From contig JBOFUP010000072.1 of assembly GCA_051652645.1 (NCBI GenBank), forward strand, positions 17,995-81,994: a stretch of DNA of 64,000 nt, given 5' to 3'. The notes beneath the pieces are model-generated. The model had not been told where the DNA came from and did not search any database. It was given only the letters and a program-made list of their open reading frames with translations. This stretch comes from Bacteroidales bacterium. GTDB taxonomy: Bacteria; Bacteroidota; Bacteroidia; Bacteroidales; UBA7332. Of the stretch, positions 10,289 to 18,833 are shown one piece after another. Numbering within the stretch: position 1 is the stretch's first letter; the number at the start of each line of letters is the position of its first letter. The translations under genes and the position numbers were made by a program.

Positions 10289-11182
10289 TCAACGAATGCG
10301 TATTGAATCACCCTCTTTTGGGATATAATCTCCAGCGAAATCATTCAATTTATATAACCCCTTAAGAGTAATACCATACTTCTGCGAAACGAAATAGATA
10401 GATTCCCCTCCTATAATAGTATGATAGAAATCCGCACCCTTGGACTTCTTACTCTTCTTCTCTAGGTAGATTATCTCACCTCCTTCGAAAGTATAACCTG
10501 ACGGTAACTCATTATACTTACATAAGCGCTTACGGCTAATCCCTATCTCCTTGGCTACCTCGTCTATACTCTCGCCTCTCTTGGCTTCTACATACAGTAG
10601 TCCCTGGTTTATGAAACTCTCCCTCATTATGACAGTCTCCTTATCCTCCCTATTGGGCCTTGAAAGAGATCCTCCTTTATCATACTTATGAAGCTCATAA
10701 TCCTCTATCAAACGAATCAGCTTTGAAGGATAACTCTTATCGGTTGCATACCCCGCCTTTGATAAGCCATTAGCCCAAGCCTTGTAATCAGTTGGTCTAT
10801 AATCAAAGAGAAAAGCATAACGAGAGCGCTGCGAGAGGAACTTTGCGTGGTCAGAAAAAGACTCATCAGCATGCCTATAACGACGAAAGCACTCACCTAT
10901 CTCATCATCATTATGATATATACGCCTTCCAGACCAATCAGAATGACACTTTATTCCAAAGTGATTATTGCCCTCCTTTGCTAATCTGCCTTTCCCCGCA
11001 CCAGACTCCAAAAGCCCCTGTGCCAACGTGATACTAGCTGGTATCTTATACTTCTTACTATTTGATATAGCAATATCCTTATACCTTTCTACATAATCTA
11101 CATAATCAGGATTCTTCCTTTGTGCCTCTAGCACTATGAAGGAGGTAAACAACAAAGACAACAATAAGGCTTGGCGTTTCAT
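10289..11182 (-). CDS. Peptidoglycan hydrolase: N-acetylglucosaminidase domain plus LysM repeats
   Basis: AQGLLESGAGKGRLAKEGNNHFGIKCH is a glucosaminidase motif. Two C-terminal LysM-like repeats are present (Y.V..GES....A...G). Confidence 0.8.
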   Translation of the reverse strand: MKRQALLLSLLFTSFIVLEAQRKNPDYVDYVERYKDIAISNSKKYKIPASITLAQGLLESGAGKGRLAKEGNNHFGIKCHSDWSGRRIYHNDDEIGECFRRYRHADESFSDHAKFLSQRSRYAFLFDYRPTDYKAWANGLSKAGYATDKSYPSKLIRLIEDYELHKYDKGGSLSRPNREDKETVIMRESFINQGLLYVEAKRGESIDEVAKEIGISRKRLCKYNELPSGYTFEGGEIIYLEKKSKKSKGADFYHTIIGGESIYFVSQKYGITLKGLYKLNDFAGDYIPKEGDSIRIR

Positions 11183-11250
11183 TATATTATAATTTTTCTA
11201 TTTTACTCTTTTTTTCTATCCCAACTACTATCAGGGTCTTACAAAAATAG

Positions 11251-11258
11251 TAATTTTG
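11251..11258 (+). promoter_or_regulatory. Bacteroides-type -7 promoter motif
   Basis: TAATTTTG lies 30 nt upstream of the cdd ATG. Confidence 0.4.
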
Positions 11259-11287
11259 TCTCCGCCATCAAATAATAAAAGCATAAT

Positions 11288-11773
11288 ATGGAAAATTTGA
11301 TTATCAAGACTAATATTAAAGTCTACAATCTAGATGAACTAAGCAGCCAAGACAGACAACTTGTAGACATGGCACGCGAAGCTACAACTAGAGCATATGC
11401 ACCATACTCTGAGTTTCACGTCGGTGCTGCAGCTCTTCTTGAAAACGGAGAAATCATAACGGGCAATAATCAAGAGAATGCAGCATATCCTTCAGGGCTT
11501 TGTGCTGAACGTGTAACTCTTTTTTGGGCTAACTCTAAATACCCAAACATGCCTGTCAAAACCATAGCTCTAGCAGCATTCACTAATGGCGATTTCACTC
11601 AAGAGTGCGTTGCTCCTTGCGGTGCTTGTCGTCAAGTAATGCTAGAAACAGAAGATAGAGGGGGAGAACCGATGAGAATACTTCTCTCTGGACGCGATCA
11701 AGTATACGAAGTAGATAGTATCAAAGATATACTTCCTCTATATTTCGAAAAAAGCAATTTAGGACACAAATAA
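11288..11773 (+). CDS. cdd: Cytidine deaminase
   Basis: CAERV and PCGACRQ are zinc-binding deaminase motifs. Confidence 0.85.
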   Translation: MENLIIKTNIKVYNLDELSSQDRQLVDMAREATTRAYAPYSEFHVGAAALLENGEIITGNNQENAAYPSGLCAERVTLFWANSKYPNMPVKTIALAAFTNGDFTQECVAPCGACRQVMLETEDRGGEPMRILLSGRDQVYEVDSIKDILPLYFEKSNLGHK

Positions 11774-11814
11774 TTACCTGACATATTAACACAAAAAAAA
11801 ACGGAGAAGAGAAG

Positions 11815-12333
11815 ATGAGATTAAGAATGATTACTTTCGCTGTTGCCACTTTGGCAATTTGCTCAACAGTGCGCGCTAATGACGATAGAAATGAGATGAA
11901 CAATAGCCACGTGAAAATAGAGGCTACTGAACACAGAAACGGACGCAATGTGGAGAGCGTAAAGATTGTAAACAAAACTCACCTTAAGGGAAAGGATAGT
12001 GCTTACAAAAAAAATAAACTTACTAGAGCACTTCAGCCATATGCTGAATATCCTATCACATCAAAAATGAGCGGGGGTCAATACAGAGTTGTTTGCTTCT
12101 ATCGCCTAGAAAAGGATGGCGAAAAGAACGACAATCACCAAATAACAATCGGTATGGATGAACTATCTCCTATCGAACACGATCTTAAACCTATCAAAGG
12201 TGTAAATCGCCTTGAAATGGAGTTTGACGTAAAAGCGCTTCGTGGCAAAAACCATATCTTAAAAGTATGGTTTACATCACCAAACATTGCCGTTGATCGT
12301 TTTGAAGTTAGACGAAAACTAATTAAAAACTAA
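11815..12333 (+). CDS. Hypothetical secreted protein
   Basis: 172 aa with a signal-peptide-like N-terminus (ITFAVATLAICSTVRA). I recognise no family motif. Confidence 0.45.
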   Translation: MRLRMITFAVATLAICSTVRANDDRNEMNNSHVKIEATEHRNGRNVESVKIVNKTHLKGKDSAYKKNKLTRALQPYAEYPITSKMSGGQYRVVCFYRLEKDGEKNDNHQITIGMDELSPIEHDLKPIKGVNRLEMEFDVKALRGKNHILKVWFTSPNIAVDRFEVRRKLIKN

Positions 12334-12336
12334 TAT

Positions 12337-12927
12337 ATGAGACGATACACAACAACAATCCTAGCAGTAGCATCCCTTGTATTGGGCGCAACAGCAATTA
12401 CAGCACAAAATGCCGCTATCGATAATATTATGCAACGGAAAAGCGTTCGTACATATCAAGATAAAGCGGTTGAAAGAGAGAAAATTGACACTCTTCTACG
12501 TGCTGCAATGGCCGCCCCTACAGCGGGGAATAAACAACCTTGGGCATTCATCGTTATAGAGCAAAAGAAAAACCTCGAAACTCTTTCTCAAGCTCTTCCT
12601 TATGCCAAGATGCTCTCAAAAGCTCCTATTGCGATTGTTGTTTGTGGTATCCCTAGCAAAAGCTTCCCAGACAGAGGTGCCGAATATTGGATACAAGATT
12701 GTTCGGCTGCTACAGAGAACATTCTTCTAGCAGCAGAAGCAATAGGACTTGGTGCAGTATGGACTGGTGTACATCCTATAGAAGAGAGAGTAAAGATGGT
12801 TCAAGAGGTTTTAAATATTCCAGCTGACATTATACCTCTTTGTGTTATTCCTATCGGATATCCTACAGGGCGAGAAAAACCAAAAGATAAGTGGAAGCCT
12901 GAACTCATTCATTGGGAAAAATGGTAA
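12337..12927 (+). CDS. Nitroreductase family protein
   Basis: RKSVRTYQDK...AAPTAGNKQPW is the nitroreductase N-terminal signature. Confidence 0.8.
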   Translation: MRRYTTTILAVASLVLGATAITAQNAAIDNIMQRKSVRTYQDKAVEREKIDTLLRAAMAAPTAGNKQPWAFIVIEQKKNLETLSQALPYAKMLSKAPIAIVVCGIPSKSFPDRGAEYWIQDCSAATENILLAAEAIGLGAVWTGVHPIEERVKMVQEVLNIPADIIPLCVIPIGYPTGREKPKDKWKPELIHWEKW

Positions 12928-13063
12928 CATTGTCATGTGAGCCATCTCAACATTGAAAAATATTTCCACACTCAAGAGCCTACTAATCAACCAACAGAGC
13001 AAATTCCCCATTTAATGGGCTAAAATAAATACTCTGAAAGTTTGCAGGTTCAAAATAAAGCAC

Positions 13064-13071
13064 TACTTTTG
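13064..13071 (+). promoter_or_regulatory. -7 promoter motif of tRNA-Arg copy 1
   Basis: TACTTTTG is preceded by TTTG (13041-13044) at about the -33 position. The same arrangement occurs upstream of copy 2. Confidence 0.5.
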
Positions 13072-13108
13072 TAACCGTAATCGAGAAACAATCACGGTTA
13101 CAAAAAAG

Positions 13109-13182
13109 GGTTCCGTAGCTCAACTGAATAGAGCATCTGACTACGGATCAGAAGGTTACAGGTTTGAATCCTGTCGGGATCA
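13109..13182 (+). tRNA. tRNA-Arg (anticodon ACG)
   Basis: I folded a cloverleaf by hand: acceptor GGTTCCG/CGGGATC, D-arm GCTC/GAGC, anticodon stem TCTGA/TCAGA with loop CTACGGA, T-arm ACAGG/CCTGT with loop TTTGAAT, discriminator A. CCA is not encoded. Confidence 0.9.
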
Positions 13183-13190
13183 CCCTTAAA

Positions 13191-13226
13191 CAGGCTATCT
13201 GATAGAAATATCAGATAGCCTGTTTT
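13191..13226 (+). terminator. Intrinsic terminator of tRNA-Arg copy 1
   Basis: Arms caggctatctgata / tatcagatagcctg are followed by tttt. Confidence 0.65.
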
Positions 13227-14045
13227 GCTATTACACAAACTCGAGGCCTACAATAGGCATTTTAAGGTAGCAAGCTAAGAACTTTGGATCAAGTCCAAGA
13301 TTTGTAGGATTGTTAGATATTGGAATGGACTACACATAGATTTTGAATAACCTAGATAAGAAGGATTTTTATATAGGTTACACCAACCATAAAGCTTTTT
13401 GAGTTGAATGATTCCTGCGGTGGCGTTAGTTCTTCTGGATTAGAAGTGATACCTTATATTCTTTAATGAGAATTAGCATACAATGGCCTGTCAGAATAAT
13501 GTCGTAAAATTGATTTGTAGAGAAGTATTATTCAACTCTGAGAGTTTAAAATCTCTTTCCTCTCTCTACATCTAGCTGTTTTTAACGATAGGAGTATTAC
13601 TATTTACAATTTAATTATTGGGAGTATCTCTATTAGATTAATGCTGCTTGTTAATAGTAGCATTGTGTTAATAACGTTTTGAGATTTAAGATAAAACCCT
13701 CTGTTGCAATAGTAACATATAGCCACTTATTGCAACGTCCTATTGCAACCTCTAAACACCTGACAATAAGGGAGTGTTGCAATGTGGCAATAAAAACAAG
13801 CAAAACTAAAACTCTGTGTGATGAATTTGCAGTTTCATTGATAGCAAATTGTTAAATCACATGGTTAGTTAACTCTTCTGATTGCAATTAGCTATTTGAC
13901 CACTATTCAAAAAAGATTTCAGACCTCAACCACTACGTAAGATGTGGATCCCCTCAGGCAAATACATGGATTATGCACTGACAAACTAACCAAACCCTCA
14001 ACCTAATTCGAAAACTCTATGATATCACACTATTTCTGCAGTGAG

Positions 14046-14102
14046 TTTAGGGTGAAACCTCTGAGGGTTTAGGGTGTTATCCCTCAGAGGTTTCACCCTA
14101 AA
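14046..14102. repeat. Perfect 22-bp inverted repeat (palindromic element)
   Basis: Arms tttagggtgaaacctctgaggg / ccctcagaggtttcaccctaaa are separated by a 13-nt spacer. The spacer itself contains a third tttagggtg. Confidence 0.7.
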
Positions 14103-14245
14103 TCCTCAGAGTTTTTTATCGAGCCCTTGTTAAGCTACCTATCATATGGTGTATAAGTTAATATAACGGACTATTTTTGAAGTGTGAGAAATTAAGCTGA
14201 TAAGGATTTTTTTTGAGGGGGCATTCATCTATCGCTTAAGCGCAT

Positions 14246-15136
14246 TTAGCCATTATACCTACGCCTTTTATTGAATTTATAACCCAAATAGGACAATTTG
14301 TAAAAGTCTATCAAATTACAAATAGATGGCAGGCTCTTAGATGCAAACTCTATCGCTTTAGAGCATATTGGAAATAGTAATCCAGATAGTAATAACAACA
14401 ACTTATGATCAGATGCAAACCTAGTTAAGCGAACTTCATTGTGCAACTTTCGCTCAATATCTTGATCTTCACAAAATAGATTATCTATGGCACATCTCGT
14501 TTTCTTTAGATACACCTCATCTGAATCCACTCCTCTGTGAAGAGTAGGATTATTGAGATTAACAACCTTAAAGCCAGCCTCCTTGAGTTCGATTCCAAAG
14601 AGAGTATCCTCATGACCATAACCTTTAATATTGTCATTAAAGCGTACCTTATCAAAAACCGATTTATGTATGAAAAAGTTACCACTTAAAAAGCTTGAGG
14701 AGAGGTTTGAGCCCTCTTCACCGAAGCTCTCCCTCTTTATTCCATTATAGTAATGAAGCGCACTCCCAGGCTTGAGGTCATCCTTCGAATAGACACATCC
14801 ACCACAAATAACCCTACATTCTTTATTTCTCAAGTAAATCTGAAGATAATCATCCTTACAAATCTCCATGTCACAATCTAAGAACACAAGCAATTCGTAA
14901 TATGTATTATCTATCAACAGATTACGTATCACAGACCGCCCAACATTCTCGTTCAGATATATCCACCTCACCCCAAAGAGTGATTGCGTTGACCTATTAT
15001 GCTCAAGATATTCTGTTGACGCATCATCGATACAGAGAATCTCAAAAACAACACCTAACGACACGGCCTGCTTTTGTAAATCTTCCACTAATGTGGTAAC
15101 ATCGCGATTGTAAACTGGAATAAGTATGGATAGCAT
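14246..15136 (-). CDS. Glycosyltransferase family 2
   Basis: SILIPVYN...CIDDAST...FLDCD are GT2 (GT-A fold) motifs, including a DxD-like motif. Confidence 0.8.
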   Translation of the reverse strand: MLSILIPVYNRDVTTLVEDLQKQAVSLGVVFEILCIDDASTEYLEHNRSTQSLFGVRWIYLNENVGRSVIRNLLIDNTYYELLVFLDCDMEICKDDYLQIYLRNKECRVICGGCVYSKDDLKPGSALHYYNGIKRESFGEEGSNLSSSFLSGNFFIHKSVFDKVRFNDNIKGYGHEDTLFGIELKEAGFKVVNLNNPTLHRGVDSDEVYLKKTRCAIDNLFCEDQDIERKLHNEVRLTRFASDHKLLLLLSGLLFPICSKAIEFASKSLPSICNLIDFYKLSYLGYKFNKRRRYNG

Positions 15137-15251
15137 ATGATATAATATTAGTCAATATGAAACGAGACTAAAACTAACAATTATATTTGAGCTCACAATA
15201 GAGAAGATTGGATACTTTATTAATCTGACTAATCAGTGGATCATATACATC

Positions 15252-16550
15252 TCAACTTTTCAAATTATCCAATAAATCAATCTTCCTAGTATACATTTGA
15301 ATTGAATCTTTTAAAGATGTATATAAATCAGGAGATCGTTGATTTATTAGCAAATTATACTGGGCTTCGACCTCTTTTACCTCATTTCTATCTAAATCAT
15401 AATTTGAAAGATTCAAAATTTGAGGCTTATTACTACTTGCACATACTACCAACAGATATGCTAAATTATGACAGAGATTTAAATAATTACTATCTTCTCT
15501 TTTCAGATATTCTTTAAAAAGATCTATCAACTCATTAATAATATAACTAAAATCCTCTCCTGGATCAATCAAAGATATATATAGTGCATGGTTTAGGTCC
15601 TTCAGGAGTATCAAGGTAAAACAAGGTACCATAGAAAGCTTATCATTAAAACTTCTAATTACAACTGTAAAGTGGACTATCATCTTTTCAAGTTGCCTTA
15701 AAGATAACTGATACTTTTTGGCAAAAAGCTCAAATATTTCGTACATATTTTGACTTGATATAATATGTTTACCAATCCTATTATCCAATCCGTTCTTTAC
15801 GAATAAGTATTCTAAAAACTCTTTGTAATTAGGGTTTGGTAAATTATAATTTAGATCAATGAAGCGACGAAGATACTCATCTGCGTCAATCCTATCGCTA
15901 CCATAATAACCTCGTATAGAATTACCTAACTGCTCCTTATCTATAGAGAGCACAAAAACAACTCCATCAACAGAGAATATATGCTTTATCTTTTCCAATA
16001 CCTCAACAGCATAGTCAGGACGGCAACGATCTAACTCATCGACGATAAAAACAAGTGGTTTATCTCCTGCATTTTTCTTAACATAAGCAGTTAACTCATT
16101 CTTAAACTGATTTACCACATCCTTTTTTGCTCCATAACCATTCACCTCAGCTAAAAAGGCATTAGCTAACTCACTAGCACCTATTTTACTGGCAACATCC
16201 TTAGATAAAGGATATAATAGTTTTTTAAACTTATCTGCTACCCTATTGAATGTCCCATTTATTTCGTCCAATGATTTTAACTCGCCCAATAATGCAAGCA
16301 TAGGCTCTGAAGTAAAATCACTCTCCCATGCATTAAAATATATTGTTTTGTAACCCTTATTTTGGAGCGCCTTATGCCACATTTTCACAAATGTACTCTT
16401 ACCTGTTCCCCACTTCCCATCCACTGCAAGCACAAACCCATCTGAATAAGCATCAATAATTGATATCAGCGACTCAGCATGTTCCTTTCTATTGAGTTTG
16501 CAATTAAAAAATGGATCTTCAGGTTCAATCACGACTTCTTTTGTTTTCAT
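15252..16550 (-). CDS. KAP family P-loop NTPase (soluble form)
   Basis: It has Walker A GKWGTGKST. It also has the KAP-typical Walker B region FIVDELDRCRPDYAVEVLEKIKHIF. No transmembrane insertion is visible. Confidence 0.85.
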   Translation of the reverse strand: MKTKEVVIEPEDPFFNCKLNRKEHAESLISIIDAYSDGFVLAVDGKWGTGKSTFVKMWHKALQNKGYKTIYFNAWESDFTSEPMLALLGELKSLDEINGTFNRVADKFKKLLYPLSKDVASKIGASELANAFLAEVNGYGAKKDVVNQFKNELTAYVKKNAGDKPLVFIVDELDRCRPDYAVEVLEKIKHIFSVDGVVFVLSIDKEQLGNSIRGYYGSDRIDADEYLRRFIDLNYNLPNPNYKEFLEYLFVKNGLDNRIGKHIISSQNMYEIFELFAKKYQLSLRQLEKMIVHFTVVIRSFNDKLSMVPCFTLILLKDLNHALYISLIDPGEDFSYIINELIDLFKEYLKREDSNYLNLCHNLAYLLVVCASSNKPQILNLSNYDLDRNEVKEVEAQYNLLINQRSPDLYTSLKDSIQMYTRKIDLLDNLKS

Positions 16551-16719
16551 AAATACAATTTTAGGCCAACCCTAAAGTCATCAGAGCTAGTCCGTTAATA
16601 TTATCGGTAAATCTATGGATAAAAAAAATACTTTCGATAAGTTTCTCGTATATATCTTATTAAAAAAACAATCGGATGGTAATGTTCTATACGAAACACT
16701 ACCATCCTACCTAATTACC

Positions 16720-17493
16720 CTAATTACTTATCTTACTCATATTCTCAATAAGCACAAAACTATTTGGATACTCCTTAAGGCCCATATCTAGGTATTCCTT
16801 TGCTTTGATCTTATTATTTCGTTTGATATAGAAATTAGTTATCAACTCATAACACTCTCTCCTACCCCAAGAGGGAATCAACAACTCCTGACCAATAGAT
16901 GATGATAATTCCAGAGACTTTAATGCATACTCCTCAACTCGCTTCCCACCACCATAATTCTCGGGCACGTTAAAGTCATTATTCGCATACACATAGTAGG
17001 CTCGAGGATTGCTTGGATCAATCTCTATTGCCATATCTATGCTTGAGGTTGCAGCTCTAGAGAGCTTAATGATAGCCGGAAAGCTAGCAAACTGACAAGA
17101 ATAATTCTGAAGCATAGATAGAAGAGCATAGTCATCCGAACTTTTACTCTGTATTCTCTTGAGCAGATCAATACCACGCTTAACCTCCGACTCTGCACTA
17201 CTCCAATCTCCTTTCTTCAAAAAAAGAATAGAATTATAGTACATTGCGTATGATTTCCAATAGAGAAGTCGATCATCTTTACTCTCAATATACTCATCTC
17301 TTAATTCATCAATCAACTCCGTAAGTGAGTAATTCCCCTCCTCTTTAAACGAGTTTTCAAAACAGCACTGAACTCTCTGCTCCATGCTTACACGTGAGGA
17401 ATCAAATCCATTATCCTTGGCCTTAAGTGTCGATGCTCCTAACACAAATATCATTAGGTGCATCATGAGTGAAACATATATTGTAAGTCGCAT
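16720..17493 (-). CDS. Hypothetical secreted protein, TPR-like helical repeats
   Basis: It has a signal-like N-terminus. The sequence is helical-repeat-like. It is the last gene of a three-gene co-directional cluster. Confidence 0.45.
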   Translation of the reverse strand: MRLTIYVSLMMHLMIFVLGASTLKAKDNGFDSSRVSMEQRVQCCFENSFKEEGNYSLTELIDELRDEYIESKDDRLLYWKSYAMYYNSILFLKKGDWSSAESEVKRGIDLLKRIQSKSSDDYALLSMLQNYSCQFASFPAIIKLSRAATSSIDMAIEIDPSNPRAYYVYANNDFNVPENYGGGKRVEEYALKSLELSSSIGQELLIPSWGRRECYELITNFYIKRNNKIKAKEYLDMGLKEYPNSFVLIENMSKISN

Positions 17494-17500
17494 ATTTATC

Positions 17501-17788
17501 TCATTTTAGATGTAAATACTCCTTGAGAACCTCAACATATTGGTGAAAAGCATCTCTCCCTATATCGGTAATGGAACATACTGTTCGAGGTCTTTTACCA
17601 ACAAACTCCTTTCGTATCTCAATGTAACCAGACTTCTCCAGCCTATCTAGCTGAATACTTAGATTGCCTGAGCTAGCCCCTGTCTTCTCTTTGAGAAAAG
17701 TAAAATCAGCTTCAATAACGGTGATCAGAATAGAGACGACAGAGAGCCTTAGCTCGGCATGTAATACTGGGTCTAACTCCTTAAACAT
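17501..17788 (-). CDS. Small winged-helix DNA-binding transcriptional regulator
   Basis: 95 aa. LKEKTGASSGNLSIQLDRLEKSGYIEIRKEFVGKRPRTVCSITDIGRDAF shows a wHTH pattern. It overlaps the upstream membrane-protein gene by 8 nt. Confidence 0.7.
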   Translation of the reverse strand: MFKELDPVLHAELRLSVVSILITVIEADFTFLKEKTGASSGNLSIQLDRLEKSGYIEIRKEFVGKRPRTVCSITDIGRDAFHQYVEVLKEYLHLK

Positions 17789-18419
17789 CTCTAAGTGATT
17801 TAATGTACATATTTAATTTAATCCCAGGAATAATCATCGAGACAATTGGCCATAGAATAAAAAGGAATAGACTACTACTCATTGACTCTATCGAAAGAAG
17901 TGAGATGATAGACAATACAACACCTACTAGTCCTCCAATCTTACTAGGTTTGAAATCGATAATTGCCCCTGTGATAGCTATACCGATACTCACAACTAAC
18001 ACCTCAACAAAGGGGAGAATAATAAATATACGAGAACCTTCAATCCCATTAAGCGTATCTAAATCGGCGAAAATTATTAGGGTGAAGAGCAGTGGCATAC
18101 CAACTGTTACAATCAATATGATTTGCCATAGTTGCTTTATTATCTTATCTATTTGTGTATACACCCTTGGGCGATTACCAAAAACCATACGCTGCCACAC
18201 ACTACCAACGATAGGTATCAACATATACATCCAGTTAAAAATGGGATTCATACCCCATACAAATTGAAATAAAAGAATTAATAGTGTCACCATAAGGGTT
18301 GTAACACCCCATATAATGAAAGCATTTCCTCCTCTATTATCTAGGTTACTCTTTGAGTTTTGCATCATACTGACAATAAGATCTAAACTCTCCTGCGATG
18401 TTAATTTCTTAGTTTCCAT
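17781..18419 (-). CDS. Integral membrane protein of unknown function
   Basis: 212 aa with 5-6 hydrophobic helices. It is translationally coupled to the wHTH gene. Confidence 0.6.
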   Translation of the reverse strand: METKKLTSQESLDLIVSMMQNSKSNLDNRGGNAFIIWGVTTLMVTLLILLFQFVWGMNPIFNWMYMLIPIVGSVWQRMVFGNRPRVYTQIDKIIKQLWQIILIVTVGMPLLFTLIIFADLDTLNGIEGSRIFIILPFVEVLVVSIGIAITGAIIDFKPSKIGGLVGVVLSIISLLSIESMSSSLFLFILWPIVSMIIPGIKLNMYIKSLRDV

Positions 18420-18800
18420 ACTGTTTAGTTTTTAAGTTCGCCACAAATATAAATAGGTTTATTATATAAACCATCAAAATACACAGTATTAACACTGTTA
18501 AAACTAAACACGACCACTAAATCTGCCTACTCCAGAGTGTAAATAGTAATCCACAAAGATGTTAATCTCCTTCATTAAGCTTACGCTTATCACAAAACCT
18601 ACCTTGCATCTCTTGACACTCTTTTTCACTCATCTTCTGGCGAATAGCCAAGAATAAGTTAGGTGTAACAAGTGTCTACAGGATAAAATCAATAGTACTC
18701 TTTTCATAAAAACATTGTGAGATGTATGTTAGGTAGATAATTATTTAATTATAGACGGGGTTTGGAAATGATTACTTAAACAAGAAACAAAACATTTTTA

Positions 18801-18808
18801 TATATTTG
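18801..18808 (+). promoter_or_regulatory. Bacteroides-type -7 promoter motif for the helicase operon
   Basis: TATATTTG lies 26 nt upstream of the ATG at 18834. Confidence 0.45.
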
Positions 18809-18833
18809 CTAAATGAATCTAATCATTTAAATC

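Noticed and set aside
13183-14245. A decayed integrase pseudogene next to tRNA-Arg.
   Set aside because: I could not read any recombinase-like peptide fragments (HxxR, GH...Y) in any frame. I therefore left it as a stretch with no track ORF, pending a BLASTX search.
17803-18267. A 154-aa ORF on the plus strand.
   Set aside because: It is antisense to the membrane-protein gene. Its composition mirrors that hydrophobic gene, and it has no promoter or motif support.
18555-18660. A short minus-strand reading frame ending ...MSEKECQEMQGRFCDKRKLNEGD, possibly a gene remnant.
   Set aside because: It is only about 35 codons long and cannot be assigned to a family, so it is not reportable as a feature.
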